64,000 nucleotides of DNA from Octopus sinensis (lineage: Eukaryota). The position numbers were made by a program, and so were the translations under genes. The stretch spans positions 63,612,001 to 63,676,000 of the forward strand of contig NC_043010.1 of assembly GCF_006345805.1 (NCBI RefSeq), given 5' to 3'. Of the stretch, positions 15,304 through 28,594 are shown piece after piece. How positions within the stretch are numbered: position 1 is the first letter of the stretch; every line of letters begins with the position of its first letter. The notes beneath the pieces were generated by a model. It had not been told where the DNA came from. It saw nothing but the letters and a program-made list of their open reading frames with translations, and ran no database searches.

Positions 15304-16127
15304 TGTGTGTGTGAGTGTGTGTGTGTGTGAGTGTGTGTGTGTGTGAGTGTGGGTGTGTGTGTGTGTGTGTGGTAAGAACTTTGCATCCCAACCACATGAT
15401 TCTGGGTTCAGTCCTACTGTATGGCACTGTTGGCAAGTATCTTCTATAAACTCAGGCCTACCAAAGCCTTGTGAGTGGATTTGGTAGAGGGAAACTGAAA
15501 GAAGCCTGCAGTGTGTGTGTGTGTTTGTCTCCTGCTACCACTTGACAACCAGTGTCAGTGTATTTAGGTACCTTTAACTGAGCAGTTTGGCAAAAGAGAC
15601 CGATAGAATATGTTCCAGGCTTAAGAAAAAATACTGGGGTCTCGTCATTTGACAAAAAAATTCTTCAAGGTGGTGCCCCAGCATGGCCACAGCCAAATCA
15701 CTGAAGTAAATAAAAGATATTTGAATACAGGAGTATTCAGGCGCAGGAGTGACTGTGTGGTAAGTAGCTTGCTAACCAAGCACATGATTCCGGGTTCAGT
15801 CCCACTGCGTGGCATCTTGGGCAAATGTCTTCTGCTATAGCCCCGGGCCGACCAATGCCTTGGGAGTGGATTTCGTAGACGGAAACTGAAAGAAGCCTGT
15901 CGTATATATGTATATATATATAAATATATGTGTGTGTTTGTGTGTCTGTGTTTGTCCCACTAGCATTGCTTGACAACCGATGCTGGTGTGTTTACGTCCC
16001 CGTCACTTAGCGGTTCGGCAAAAGAAACCGATAGAATAAGTACTGGGCTTACAAAGTCCCGGGGTTGCTCGACTAAAGGCGGTGCTCCAGCATGGCCGCG
16101 GTCAACTGACTGAAACAAGTAAAAGAG
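14816..16127 (+). mobile_element. Three tandem SINE family A copies (14816-15218, ~15365-15718, 15740-16127)
   Basis: Each aligns with 32035-32470; the first lacks its A-box segment and the middle one is more diverged. Confidence 0.9.
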
Positions 16128-16129
16128 TA

Positions 16130-17942
16130 TACACATTTAAATACATATACTCTCATACATACATAATCACATACTTTTGCTTTCACATGAAAATACACTT
16201 AGGCGGAGGACAATCTCATGCACCAACACAAGGACCACTTAATTATATCAGATAACTTATAAACACATTCAAAGCTCACATGTACAAACTACAAACATAC
16301 AAAGGCCACATTCATACAGTTATGCACACATAACTCTCACACATACACACACACACACTCAAAGACTGCATTCACACACTTGAACACATGCATACACTCA
16401 AAGACCATATTTATACACTTGCACACACACACACACAAACTATCAAAGAACACTCACACACTTACTTACATATATAGCACATTCAAAGATCATACTTAAA
16501 CACTTGCACAAGCATTCAAAAGCTACCATCATACACTTACACACGCACACATTCAAAGATCTTAGACTTATACATAGATGCACTCTCAGTGACTGTATTC
16601 GTACATACATTTACACACGCAAACACTCGAAAACAGCTCTTATAATCTTACACATAGAAACATTCGAAAACCACACTCATACACTGTTATGCATACACAC
16701 TTTCGGGATGATACTCATACACTTACTTGTGTAAGTGTTGAAAGAGCTTTGATACACTTACATGCACGTTCAAAGATTAGGCTCACTTACTTGTATGGGC
16801 ATTCAAAGGCTAAAGTCATACACTTACACAAATGCCACACTCCTACACTTACACTCATATACAAAAACTAAACTCATACACTTACACACACACTCCAAGA
16901 CAATATCTACTTGCATAAATATTCAAAGGCTATACTCATACACACACATACATACATACACACATACATACATAGATGCATACACACACACACACACATA
17001 CATACACACATACATACATACATACACACACATGCACACATACATACATACACACATACATACATGCTCAAAGACTGCATTCATACATACATACACACAT
17101 ACATACACATATTCATACACACATACAAACATACACACATACATACATACATACATACACACACACACATACATACATACATACAGACATACACTTAACA
17201 TCATAGACAAACTCTCAAATACCACACCTATGTACTTACACACACACACACATACACACACACATGCAAGTACCACACTCATACTCTCCACACATACTCT
17301 CAAGACCATACTCCTGCATTTATACACTCAAACTCTCAAGAACCATACTTGTATACTTATGCAAATGGTCAAAGACTACGGTCGTTTGTTTACACACACA
17401 TACACACACACACGCACTCAAAGACCACACACACACACACACACACATACTGTGATCATACTCATATGCTTACGTGCACAAACACTAAAAGACCATACTC
17501 ACACACACAAGGCTTATACTCATTTGTAAAAGCAAACATGCAGAGACTCATACATAGAAACAAACTGGCTGATAGCACACACACACACACATACACACAC
17601 ACACATCAAGATACACACTCACACATTCTAACACACACTCATATTTATATGCACACACACACACACACACATACATTCTAACACACACTCATATTTATAT
17701 GCACACACACATACACACACACATACACACACACACACTCACACATTCTAACACACACTCATATTCACATGCACACACACACATATGCAGACACATGCCC
17801 AGACACAGATACACTCATACTCTCTCTCTCTTTCTCACACACACACACACACACACATTCTAACATGCACTCATATTTATATGTACACATGCACACACAC
17901 ATACACATGCAGACACATGCCCAGACACAGACACACTCATAC

Positions 17943-17973
<31 letters not shown>

Positions 17974-18605
17974 TGCATAGACACACTCAGGTATTCTATG
18001 ATGTCCAATTTTCCCAAGAAAGGAGAGAACCTCTTCCAGATTATATACAAGTCAGGCTAAAAAAACTGGGATTTAAGGGAACAGAATAAGTAGTAACCCT
18101 CCCCCCACCCCACCCTATGTCTACGTTTCACACGCGGTGGGGAGGGGTAATGAAGAACATCCTACACACACACACACTGGATCTGATACCCCACCCACAA
18201 ACACACACCCTTGACACTCACATTGACACCTTTTATCCCAACACATACTTTAATACCCCCTTCTTATCTCACCCACACTGACACCTCTGTTTTAATCCCA
18301 ACACACACACACAGAAATACCCATTTCTTGTTCCTAAATACACACACACACTCACAACGCAACATACACACACATACAGACAGGCAACCTAATCTCAGAG
18401 TACACAAGCACTTTTTACTTGACCCCCCCCCCCGTACACACACACACAGAGACACATTCATACATACTTTTACTTATCCCCACACACAGATCAACATCTT
18501 GCTTATATCATTAAACACACACACACACACTGATAGCCTCTTATTCTAAAAATACATGCATTGACACTCCAAAATAATCTCAAACACTCACACACTCACA
18601 CACAG
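16130..18605. repeat. ~2.4-kb degenerate (CA)-rich satellite with recurring TCAAAGAC motif and a higher-order duplication at 17620-17990
   Basis: Strongly A/C-skewed strand; CACATTCTAACACACACTCATATTTATATGCAC about x4; GCAGACACATGCCCAGACACAGA x2. Confidence 0.85.
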
Positions 18606-18840
18606 GCATGGCTCACCAATTTGGACAAGTTCCTTTAGTAATATACATAAGAATCATCGCACTACCTACAAAGCTTAGTGAAGATGGAAGGTCGTTTTCA
18701 TTGATATGTATATCAGATACCGCACTGTCCCACAAATAAATACATTTACCCAACTATACTTACTATACCAGAATCCTGAAAGGAATTTATCCAGGGCTCA
18801 AGATTTCCACCCCTCCGCTGTTACTATTCTTTCATATATA

Positions 18841-19069
18841 CTCTTTTACTCTTTTACTTGTTTCAATCATTTGACTGCGGTCATGCTGGAGCACCGCCTT
18901 TAATCGAGCAACTCGACCCTGGGACTTATTCTTTTTTGTAAGCTTAGTACTTATTCTATCGGTCTCTTTTGCCGAACTGCTAAGTAACAGGGACATAAAC
19001 ACACCAGCATCGGTTGTCAAGCAATGCTAGGGGGACAAACACAGACACACAAACACACACACACATATC

Positions 19070-19115
<46 letters not shown>

Positions 19116-19232
19116 TATGACGGGATTCTTTCAGTTTCCGTCTACCAAATCCACTCACAAGGCTTTGGTCGGCCCGAGGCTGTAGTAGAAGACACTTGCC
19201 CAAGGTGCCACGCAGTGGGACTGAACCCGGAA
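18841..19232 (-). mobile_element. SINE family A, 5'-truncated
   Basis: Reverse complement of the family A body and tail. Confidence 0.9.
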
Positions 19233-19506
19233 TTTCTGTGATTCCAACAAATTCATGAACCTAAGTTTCAATGTACCCCTCTCTCTAATACCTTTCATAA
19301 CTCCAGCTTACCATATATGTATGATACAGAATTTTGTTTTCCATAATTCAAAGTGACTGTTTGTATATATAATAGGCATGGTTCAGTCCCACTGTGTAGC
19401 ACCTTGGGCCAGTATCTATAGGCTAACCAAAGCCTTTTGAATGTATTTGGTAGACGGAAACTGAAAGAAGTCCGTCATATATATATATATATATATATAT
19501 TAATTT

Positions 19507-20144
19507 ATGCCAGCGCCACCTTGGCTTGCTTCCATGCCAGTGGCACGTAAAAAGCACCAACTGATTATTGCCAGCCTCCCCTGGCACCTGTGCCGGTGGC
19601 ATGTAAAAAGCACCCACTACACTCATGGAGTGGTTGGCATTAGGAAGGGCATCCAGCTGTAGAAACACTGCCAGATCAGACTGGAGCCTGGTGCAGCCTC
19701 CTGGCTTCCCAGAACCCGGTTGAACCGTCCAACCCATGCTGGCATGGAAAACAGACGTTAAACGATGATAATGATTATGATGATGATATATATATTAAAT
19801 ATATGTATATATCTGTATATATATATCATCATCATCATCATTGTTTAACGTCCGTTTTCCGCGCTAGCACGGGTTGGACGGTTCGACCGGGGTCTGGGAA
19901 GCCAGGAGGCTGCACCAGACTCCAGTTTGATCTGGCAGTGTTTCTACAGCTGGATGCCCTTCCTAACGCCAACCATTCCGCGAGTTTAGTGGGTACTTTT
20001 TACGTGCCACCGGCACAGGTGCCAGGAGAGTCTGGCAGTGGTCACAATCGGTTGGTGCTTTTAACGTGCCACCGGCACGGAAGCCAGTCAAGGCGGCGCT
20101 GGCATTGGCCACGCTCGGATGGTGCTTTTTACGTGCCACCGGCA
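19507..20144. mobile_element. Two tail-to-tail copies of repeat family C ((GAT)n-tailed, RTE-associated): 19507-19786 (+) and 19826-20144 (-)
   Basis: GTGCCGGTGGCACGTAAAAAGCACC...GGTTGGCGTTAGGAAGGGCATCCAGCTGTAGAAAC...GACGTTAAACGATGATG. Other copies at 1-150, 6596-6755, 22460-22830, 26745-27030, 36150-36295, 39183-39518, 40355-40437 and 52105-52280. Confidence 0.85.
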
Positions 20145-20355
20145 CATATATATATATATATTAAATACTTTCTTGTAAACTATTTTTAACATTTTCTTAT
20201 CATTATCAAAGAATGTATAACTGTATTTTAATACTTTTGTAACAACCATTACTTAACACAACAGAGCTTATACAAAGTTTTACATTTTACTTTTGACAAT
20301 CTTTTTCTAAAAAAGTGAAACCAGTTAAGTCAATAAATTGCATTTTCAAGCCTTC

Positions 20356-20418
<63 letters not shown>

Positions 20419-22129
20419 CATACATACAAACAGGATTTTACTTCAATCCCAGACACTTTTTGGCTTGAAAATGTTTGTAACATCTGCAGTAGTACCTGTT
20501 TACCCAAAGCTGAGCTTGTTAGCTACCTCATGTAATCTCATGATGACATTTACTAATTGAAGAGATGGCCTTGTTTCAGAAAGCAGTGACAATCACCATA
20601 TATATATATATGTGTGTATATACATATATACATACATACATGCAAAAGTGAACTGAGAGAAATAACTCAGTGTAACCAATAGCATGTATTTGCACAATAA
20701 TGACAAAATAAAGATATATTAAATACCATAGAAGATAAATTCTTGATTTAATTGAAATTATCTTCACCTGAAGAGAAGGTAAACAAATGCCATGTGGCAG
20801 TTGTGACTGCCTTGAATAAGGAAGGGAGATAATTTCAAGAATCAAGAAATTTCTCCAAAATTGACATTAAAGAAAAGACAGTCTTTTTTATTTTTTATTT
20901 TCTGAATGCAAGAGGATAATTGTGGACATGAATTTCTGCCTCAATTGGTGTTACCATCGCAGTAGTTGTCCTACTTTTGACTCTAGCAAACATAAGACTC
21001 AAACTTTTGCAGATACAGTACAGAATGTTTCATGGCTAGAGTAATTTACAGAGTTAAAACATAAATGCACTTAGAGAAATATCTTTGAGTGATCAGTGGC
21101 ATAAAGATGAATAAAGACATATTAAATATCATAGAATATAAATATAAATATATTGGAAACTAGCTTAAAAGCCACACTTCATGCAGAATTTTAAGCTAGT
21201 TCCTACGGCCCAAAACTGAAGAGAGCTAAATAGCATGACTGTAATACATCTACAATGACTAAATGCCCTGGTGGTGTTTGATCAGAGGTTAAGGACGGAT
21301 GAGAATTAATTCTGCAATGCAATCATTCTATTGTTCCAGCTCCAATTTAAATTCCAACTGTTGGCCAGTTTGTCCCAAAGTTCTTATCTCGACGTAAAAT
21401 TAAAGAAGCTAATGTCATTTATTTCTCCCTTGATCTCTGATGTCATCTGACAAATGCCAACCAAGATGGTGTGAATCAGCAATGCTTTACCTGCTAGAAA
21501 TAGCAGCCCAAGTGCTTTTGAATTGGATCCCAATGTCGGATGATCAAGAACCAAATGAAGAACAGATTTTCAATCCTGGGATTATCCTGATTCTGAAAGG
21601 GTAAAATATATCTATGTAAAGCAACTGTAAACTGAGATACGGTGGGGTCCCAGACGGACAGAGTTTCACTTTTATTATTATAGATATTGCCCAAGGTTCC
21701 CGTAATCTTTTCCATAGGCTTTTCTATCCACAGACAAACCTAATCTGTTTTCCCTTTTTATATTGACATTTCTGATACATGATCCTTATTGATTGGCCCC
21801 ACTTTTTTTTTTCATGATCCCTTTTGATCGGAATTCCCCCCTTTTTTCACGATCCCTTTCGATTGGAATTCGCCCTCCCTTTTTCTCTTTCTTTTTCTTT
21901 TTTTTCCCCCTTCTCTTCCCAAAAAGAAAATCTCTACTTTGCATTTTGTCCCATCTGTGTTTAGCCCTGCGTGGCCAATAAAAAAATCTATTATTATAGA
22001 TATCTGCACTTTGGAGTTTCTTGGTAAATAACACAACACTTCGTGTAATGAGTCACACACACACTCACACAGAGTAACATCCCTCCCGGTCAACAAGTGA
22101 GGCCCCAAAATAGTTACTAGACCTGTTCT

Positions 22130-22425
22130 TTAATTTGTTTTAGCCTCCTTGAAATAGTAGTCAAAATTCCTCAAGCCATATTTTAGAGACAGGGAAGGTC
22201 ATATTAGGTAATATAAACAGAAATATACTGTCTAAAAAATTCAAACTTGATGGTCATGTCTGCAAAGTTTTGCTCATAGCTCTACTGGATCAGGACTAAG
22301 TTGAGACAAAACAACAATAACACTAACTCTTGACCCTCTATGAATAAAAAAAAAAGCACAATAGATAGAATAATATAGCCCTAGGCACACTCATCATCAT
22401 CATTATCATCATCATCATCACCGCT

Positions 22426-22456
<31 letters not shown>

Positions 22457-25400
22457 CCACCATCGTTTAAGGTCTGTTTTCTATGCTGGCATGGGCTGGA
22501 CAATTTGATAGGAGCTGCACTAGGGTCCAGTTGTCTGTTTTGGCATGATTTCTACGGCTGGATGCCCTTCTAAACACCAACCACTTTACAGATTGTACTA
22601 GGTGCTTCTTATGTAGTGCCGGCACAAGTTCTTTTTTACATGGTACCCTAGCATGGGTACTGGTTGCATGGTGCTGATACAAGTACTGCTTACATGGTGC
22701 TGACATGGGAGCTTTTACATGACACCAGTATGAGTGCCTTTTACATTGCTCAGGCTCAAGTGTTTTTTATGCAATGCCAGCATAGGTACTACTTCTATGG
22801 CACTGGCATAGGTACTTTTTGATGAGGTGCTTTGGAACAGCTTTGATCAAAGGACTCTTCAGACAGGACTGACCTTGGGCTAAACAATGCAGCAACAATA
22901 CAAAACAATGGAGTTCTAGATATTTTTTATTTTCGTTTTTTTTTTGTGTCAGGGAAGGCAGTTCCCCTGGCCCTTTGCAAAGCCTCTGATACTACAAAGA
23001 AGGACGGAGGGAGGTATCATCCAATTAGAGATCTGACCATAATGCTTGCAACAGAATGAACTCCAAGGTGCAAGGTGGTGGTGTTAAACAGGGTGATGGA
23101 TTAAGTCTACTGCCCCGTGGTGAGGTTTAAACTCAGAATGTAAAGAGCTGGAACAAATACAGCATGATATCCATCCAGTCTCAGGTTTATACAGTATCAC
23201 CACTCCATCGCTCAGGTTGGTGAAAGGCAAAAGTGACCTTGGTGGGAATTGAAACTGGACTAGTTTCAATCTTGAGGTGGGGTGTCTTCAGCAACTGAGT
23301 ATTCTCTTTAACTGCTCATAATTCCACAATTACTAAAGAGTGTTTAGTACTTAGTACTGACAAAAGAAATTCAAATACAGAAATGAAACTAGTCCAGCTA
23401 CCCCACCTACCCTTTCTATCAATAAAGATATTGTATATACAGACATGGTGTTCATATCTATTACATAATGTTGACTAAAATCTATAGATATATTCTGTAG
23501 TACAGTGTAGCACTGAAACAAAACAATGTGCCAACAATTCATGAGATAATACAGGCCAAGATACACTGTGAATAAGAGGCTGGGTGGTCATGATTATAAG
23601 GTAAGCCTGCTGGGTCAGCAGGACTGACTTAAACTAAACATTGAAAACAGTACTAACTTGAATGTGGACCTTGATATATTCTGAATAAAAGACATGATTA
23701 TCACAGTTGGAATAATTTTGCTAATGGGTCTGGTGAGTCAGAGCTGACCTGGGGTTAAACAACAACACTAACAATAGATAATATGGGAGCAAAATAATTA
23801 AGCAAAATAAGAACATGCTTTGAGTATCAAGAGAAGTGGTGGGGGTGGGGGCACCACAGAAATGGTAAATGGTTTACGGCACAAAAGAAATCACTTTAAA
23901 CTCACTAAAATAATATTCGAAGTGGTTTATATGATTGGAAATATAACTTTGAAGTGTTCGTGGTGTCATAGTGAGGATCTGATCAAATCTTTGCCATTAA
24001 AAGAGGTAGGAGAAAACTTTGCAAATATAAATAATGTTGGAAGGATACAAATATAAACTTTATTTTCCATCTTACTGTTCGTTTTGTTTCATTTTGAAAA
24101 AAAACATTTATTTTATGGTTTATTATTGTTTATAGTTTGAATTACATAAATATGGGGTCACCAAAATCTTTTAAGTGCTTGGGGTCGCTATGAGTTTTAA
24201 CCCAGCTCAAGATAATGGAGTCTTGTATATAATATACCAGGATGGTCACGACTAGAATGTCTTTGCTCATAGAGCTGTAGATTGAAAGTTGACCCAGGGT
24301 TAAAAAACAAAGGCAGAACTAACATTAAATTATGTAGTCCAAAACACTGGATGGTCACGGCAGGAACGCTTTTACTCTTAGGCGAGTCATCTGGATCAGA
24401 GCTTACCTGGAGTTAAACCAGAACTCTCGTTAACTTATCCCAATTAACATGCCATCCGATTTAAAGGTCGCCTCTGGGTGGGTTGCTGTTAAGACAGACG
24501 GTAGACGGCCGAGTCGGTAAATAGGTGGGCGGAAGTTATTTCTTAAGGTGTCTGCTATGTTAAAGGAGGGGCGGTGGGAGAAGTGAAGCTGTGTGGTGGG
24601 AGGGAGTATTGTGTTGCAGTGAGGGGATCAGGAGGAGAACAGAGAGGAGTGAAGTAGGAGGAGGTTAGTGATAAATATCAGTGTGGAGCTGGGGGGAAAG
24701 GAGGGTGGGTAGGGGGAGCGTAACGAACGAGTGTGGTAGAGGGCGGAGGAGGAGGTGGAAGGGAACGACAAAGAAGTAGGAGGTAAGTGAGATGTCATTG
24801 TAATAAAGGTGATGAAAGTAGCAAGAGGGAGGGAGGGGGCGGCTAAAAGAGTAGGAGGAAAAGAAATAAGCAAGGAGATGGTTTTGTGTTCCCGACCGAT
24901 GTTCTCCACCGATAACTTGTGATCAAAGACGTTTTAACCGTGACCATCCTGACTTTATTCAGACTGCGTTTTTAGAACTATGTTATTCAATACTAGCAGT
25001 ATCGCCCGGCGTTGCTCGGTTTTGTAAGGGAAATAACTATATAAGCATTTTTAGAGTTATAGCCAAAATATAGCAAAAAAATGCATTAAAAATGGAAAAA
25101 AAATGATGGTAATTTTTTTTTTAATCGTTGACTCATCGTAGACATTTTTAGAGAGTTACTTCCCTTATATAATAGTGAAAAAATGCATTAAAATGGAAAA
25201 AAAAGATGGTAAATTTTTTTTTAAATCGTAGACTCATCGTAGACGCGCGCTAATACCCAGAAGGGCTTGATATGAATCACGACTATAAGATACCCAGTTT
25301 TGGTTAAACTGCACCGCAAAATGTGGGAGTAGTTAGGAATCTAAATCGTAGGAGACAGACACACAACTTGACTTTTATATATAAAGATTAGTTTTGTTAC

Positions 25401-25770
25401 TTAGCTCTGAGATAGCTCTCAATCAAGACGCTCTAGCCATGACCATCTGGTCATTTTTTTTTCATCAAACAACGTTTCTAAGATTCCATTTAATCTTATC
25501 CGTTGGTGTTGCTGTTTAAACGTAAATCAGTCCTGATTCAACAGACATCTTCAAAAAAAAAGAAAGAAAAAGAAAAAAAGAAAAGAAAAATCAAAGATGA
25601 TCCAGCCATGACCATCCTTTTCAAACAGTATAACTAGAACTACATTATGTACTTGTTTAACTCCAGGTCAGCCCTGGCCCACATAACGCAATCCAGTTTC
25701 CCCTACCCCTTTTAAAAAGCATTGTAATTAGTACGAGATTTGGCTGCTATTTTTAGAGGTCAAGTTGCTA
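22130..25770. repeat. Dense cluster of an old dispersed repeat (family E: CCAGGTCAGCCCTGATC...CATTCCAGCCATGACCATC...GATTTGGCTGCTATTTCTAGC)
   Basis: About ten diverged copies here in both orientations; more at 2230, 3080, 6240, 6480, 7150, 9540, 14460, 30110, 31160, 44200 and 47280. Often adjacent to (CAA)n/(TTG)n. Confidence 0.7.
24993..25387 (-). mobile_element. Non-autonomous Helitron
   Basis: Minus strand starts A|TCTTTATATATAAAAG and ends with a GC-rich hairpin (CCGAGCAACGCCGGGCG) followed by CTAG|T. Inserted between A and T with no TSD; internal ~95-bp tandem duplication. Confidence 0.85.
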
Positions 25771-25997
25771 CATAGAGACACGTTGAGCTTTTTTCTTTTT
25801 TCTTTTGATCAGGAGAGAAGCTAATGCCTGCAAACCATTTCCAAAGTCTCGAAGATTTGTGGGAAGGAGGAAGATATCTTCAAACCAGAGAGACCCAGAT
25901 GCTTGCAACAGAATGGACCCTGCTAAAAACACCCAGGTACCAGGTAATGGGGTTAAACTGGGTGAGAGATTTAGTTTCCTGCCCAAGTTTGGAAAAG

Positions 25998-26029
<32 letters not shown>

Positions 26030-26189
26030 AGTGGTGATGGCGGTGGTGATGGAGGTGGTAGTGGTGGTCGTGGTCGTCGTCATGGTGGTTGGTGGTGGTG
26101 ATGAAGGTGGTAGTGATGGTGGTGGTGGTTGTTGGCAGTGGTGATGGAGGTGGTGGTGGTGGTGGTGGTGGTGATTTTGGTGGTGACCA

Positions 26190-26430
26190 GAACGTTGCAG
26201 GAAAGAATTTCAAGATGGATTCCTCAAGGCGAGCCAATCGGCAGGAGACCTAGGGGGTAGACCAAAAGTGAGATGGTTGGATAATAGCCACAGTCTCAGT
26301 TGGTTGCACTTGGGAATCCAGCCAGAAAGTCTAATGACAGTTGCTTCTGATAGGGTCCTATTGAGAAGATGTCTCAGGACCTTTGGAGGAACAGAAGGCA
26401 GAGAAGACGGATGGCCGAATGGATGGTGCT
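26190..26430 (+). mobile_element. RTE-clade (Expander/Rex3-like) LINE 3' fragment
   Basis: Translates PIGRRPRGRPKVRWLDNSHSLSWLHLGIQPESLMTVASDRVLLRRCL, matching the GRRPRGRP..RW.D...LGI....VA.DR..WR C-terminal motif. Confidence 0.75.
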
Positions 26431-27049
26431 TGTGGCTCTTTGTAATAGTCATGATTACTGTAGATGCTGTGTCTTCATGGTATCTCTTTTATTTATCTTT
26501 TTCACTTGCTTCTGTGGCCATGCTGGAGTACCGCCTCAAAGAATACTAGTCAAATAAATTGACCCCAGTATTTTTCCTTTTTTTTTAAAGACTGGTACTT
26601 ATTCTGTTGGTCTCCTTAGTTGAATCACTAATATACAAGGATGTAAACACACTAACACCAGTTGTCAAGTCCTAGTGTGGCACAAGCATGAACACAAACA
26701 CACACACACACACACACTCACATACACACACACTCATGTATATAATCATCATCATCATCGTCGTTTAACATCCATTTTCCATGCTGGCATGGGTTGGACG
26801 GTTCGACTGGGGTCTGGGAGGCCAAGAGGCTGCATCAGGCTCCAATCTGATCTGGCAGTGTTTCTACTGTGGGATGCCCTCCCTAATGCCAACCACTCCC
26901 GAGAGTGTAGTGGGTGCTTTTTATGTGCCACCAGCACAGGGGCCAGAGGGAACTACCATCAACCCCTTTTTACATGCCACTGGCACGGAGAGCCAGACAG
27001 GCAGCGCTGGAATCAACCACAACTACAATTTCCTGTTGATTGTGTGGCT

Positions 27050-27278
27050 TGATTTGATTTTGATGTCGATGTACTTGACTCAATAGGTTTCTTCAAGCAC
27101 GGCATGTCGCCCTACGATCCAAAGTGAGTGAGCTGGTTATGCAACACTGGCGTAGGCTACAGCTGTGATCTCACTTTATTTACTGGGTCTTCTCAGTCAC
27201 AGCATATCTCCAGAGGTCTTGGTCTTTCGTCATTGCCTCTGTGAGGCCCAACGTTTGAAGGTGATGCTTCACTACCTC
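27050..27278 (-). mobile_element. RTE-clade LINE 3' end (ORF terminus plus UTR)
   Basis: Minus strand EVVKHHLQTLGLTEAMTKDQDLWRYAVTEKTQ*; contiguous with the (GAT)n-tailed repeat at 26745-27030. Confidence 0.75.
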
Positions 27279-27307
27279 TATACACGTGTGTGTGTATGTG
27301 TGTAAAT

Positions 27308-27772
27308 TTTTCTTTACTACCCACAAGGGGCTAAACACAGAGGGAACAAACAAGGACAGACAAACGGATTAAGTCAATTATATCGACCCCAGTCGGCGAG
27401 CTGGCAGAACCGTTAGCACGCTGGGCGAAATGCATAGCCGTATTTCGTCTGCCGCTACGTTCTGAGTTCAAATTCCACCGAGGTCGACTTTGTCTTTCGT
27501 CCTTTTGGGGTCGATAAATTAAGTACCAGTTACGCACCGGGGTCGATGTAATCGACTTAATCCGTTTGTTTATCCCCTCTGTGTTTAGCCCCTTGTGGGC
27601 AATAAAGAAATATATATCGACCCCAGTGCTTAACTGGTACTTAATTTATCGACCCCAAAAGGATGAAAGGCAAAGTCAACCTCGGCGGAATTTGAACTCA
27701 GAACATAAAGACAGACGAAATACTGCTAAACATTTCGCCCGGCGCGCTAACGTTTCTGCCAACTCGCCGCCT
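27308..27772. mobile_element. SINE family B (+, 27394-27612) inserted in opposite orientation into another family B copy (-)
   Basis: 15-bp TSD TATATCGACCCCAGT at 27379-27393 and 27613-27627. Confidence 0.9.
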
Positions 27773-28359
27773 GCGTGTAAATATGTGTGCGTGAGTGTGT
27801 GTTTGTTTGTGTCTCCTTGTCTTGGCATAGCATGACAGTTGTAAATGAGTGTCACTGTCATACAAGCAGTGTCGTTCATTTCCAATATTCTGCAAAAACA
27901 TGTCTGGCTACGAGGGACATATTACCTTGCTTGGAGACATGTGAGGACTGGTGACAGGAAGGGCATCTGGCTGCAGAAAACCTCTCATCAAATAAACTCC
28001 ACCAGATCCATGCAAGCACAGAAATGTAGACATTAAAACAACGATGATGGAAATGATGATGTTGATGATGATGTTGATGGTGATAATGATGATGATGATG
28101 ATGATGTTGATGATGATGACGATGATGATGATGATGACGATGATGATGATATTATAATACTCTCTTTCTCTTTTACTCTTTTACTTGTTTCAGTCATTTG
28201 ACAGTGGCCATGCTGGAGCACCGCCTTTAGTCGAGCAAATCGACCCCAGGACTTATTCTTTGTAAGCCTAGTACTTATTCTATCGCCACCACCGCCATGG
28301 TTCCCACCACTACTACCATAACTGCCAATACAACTACCACTACAACCACCACCACCACA

Positions 28360-28403
<44 letters not shown>

Positions 28404-28562
28404 CAGCACCACCACCATCGCTATTACAACCATTATACCACCGCCAATATAACCGCCACTTTCCTACCACTACTACCATAATTGTCAATACACCACCACC
28501 ACCACCACCACCAATGGTTGTAACTTTGGTAATAGCGATGGTGGTGGTGGTGGTTGTGTAGT

Positions 28563-28594
<32 letters not shown>

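Noticed and set aside
17988-18089. Protein-like stretch VFYDVQFSQERREPLPDYIQVRLKKLGFKGTE* inside the CA satellite
   Set aside because: No recognisable family, weak acceptor and no partner exons on the plus strand.
24560-24885. Purine/G-rich tract, possible G-quadruplex
   Set aside because: Irregular low-complexity sequence with long loops; nothing supports function.
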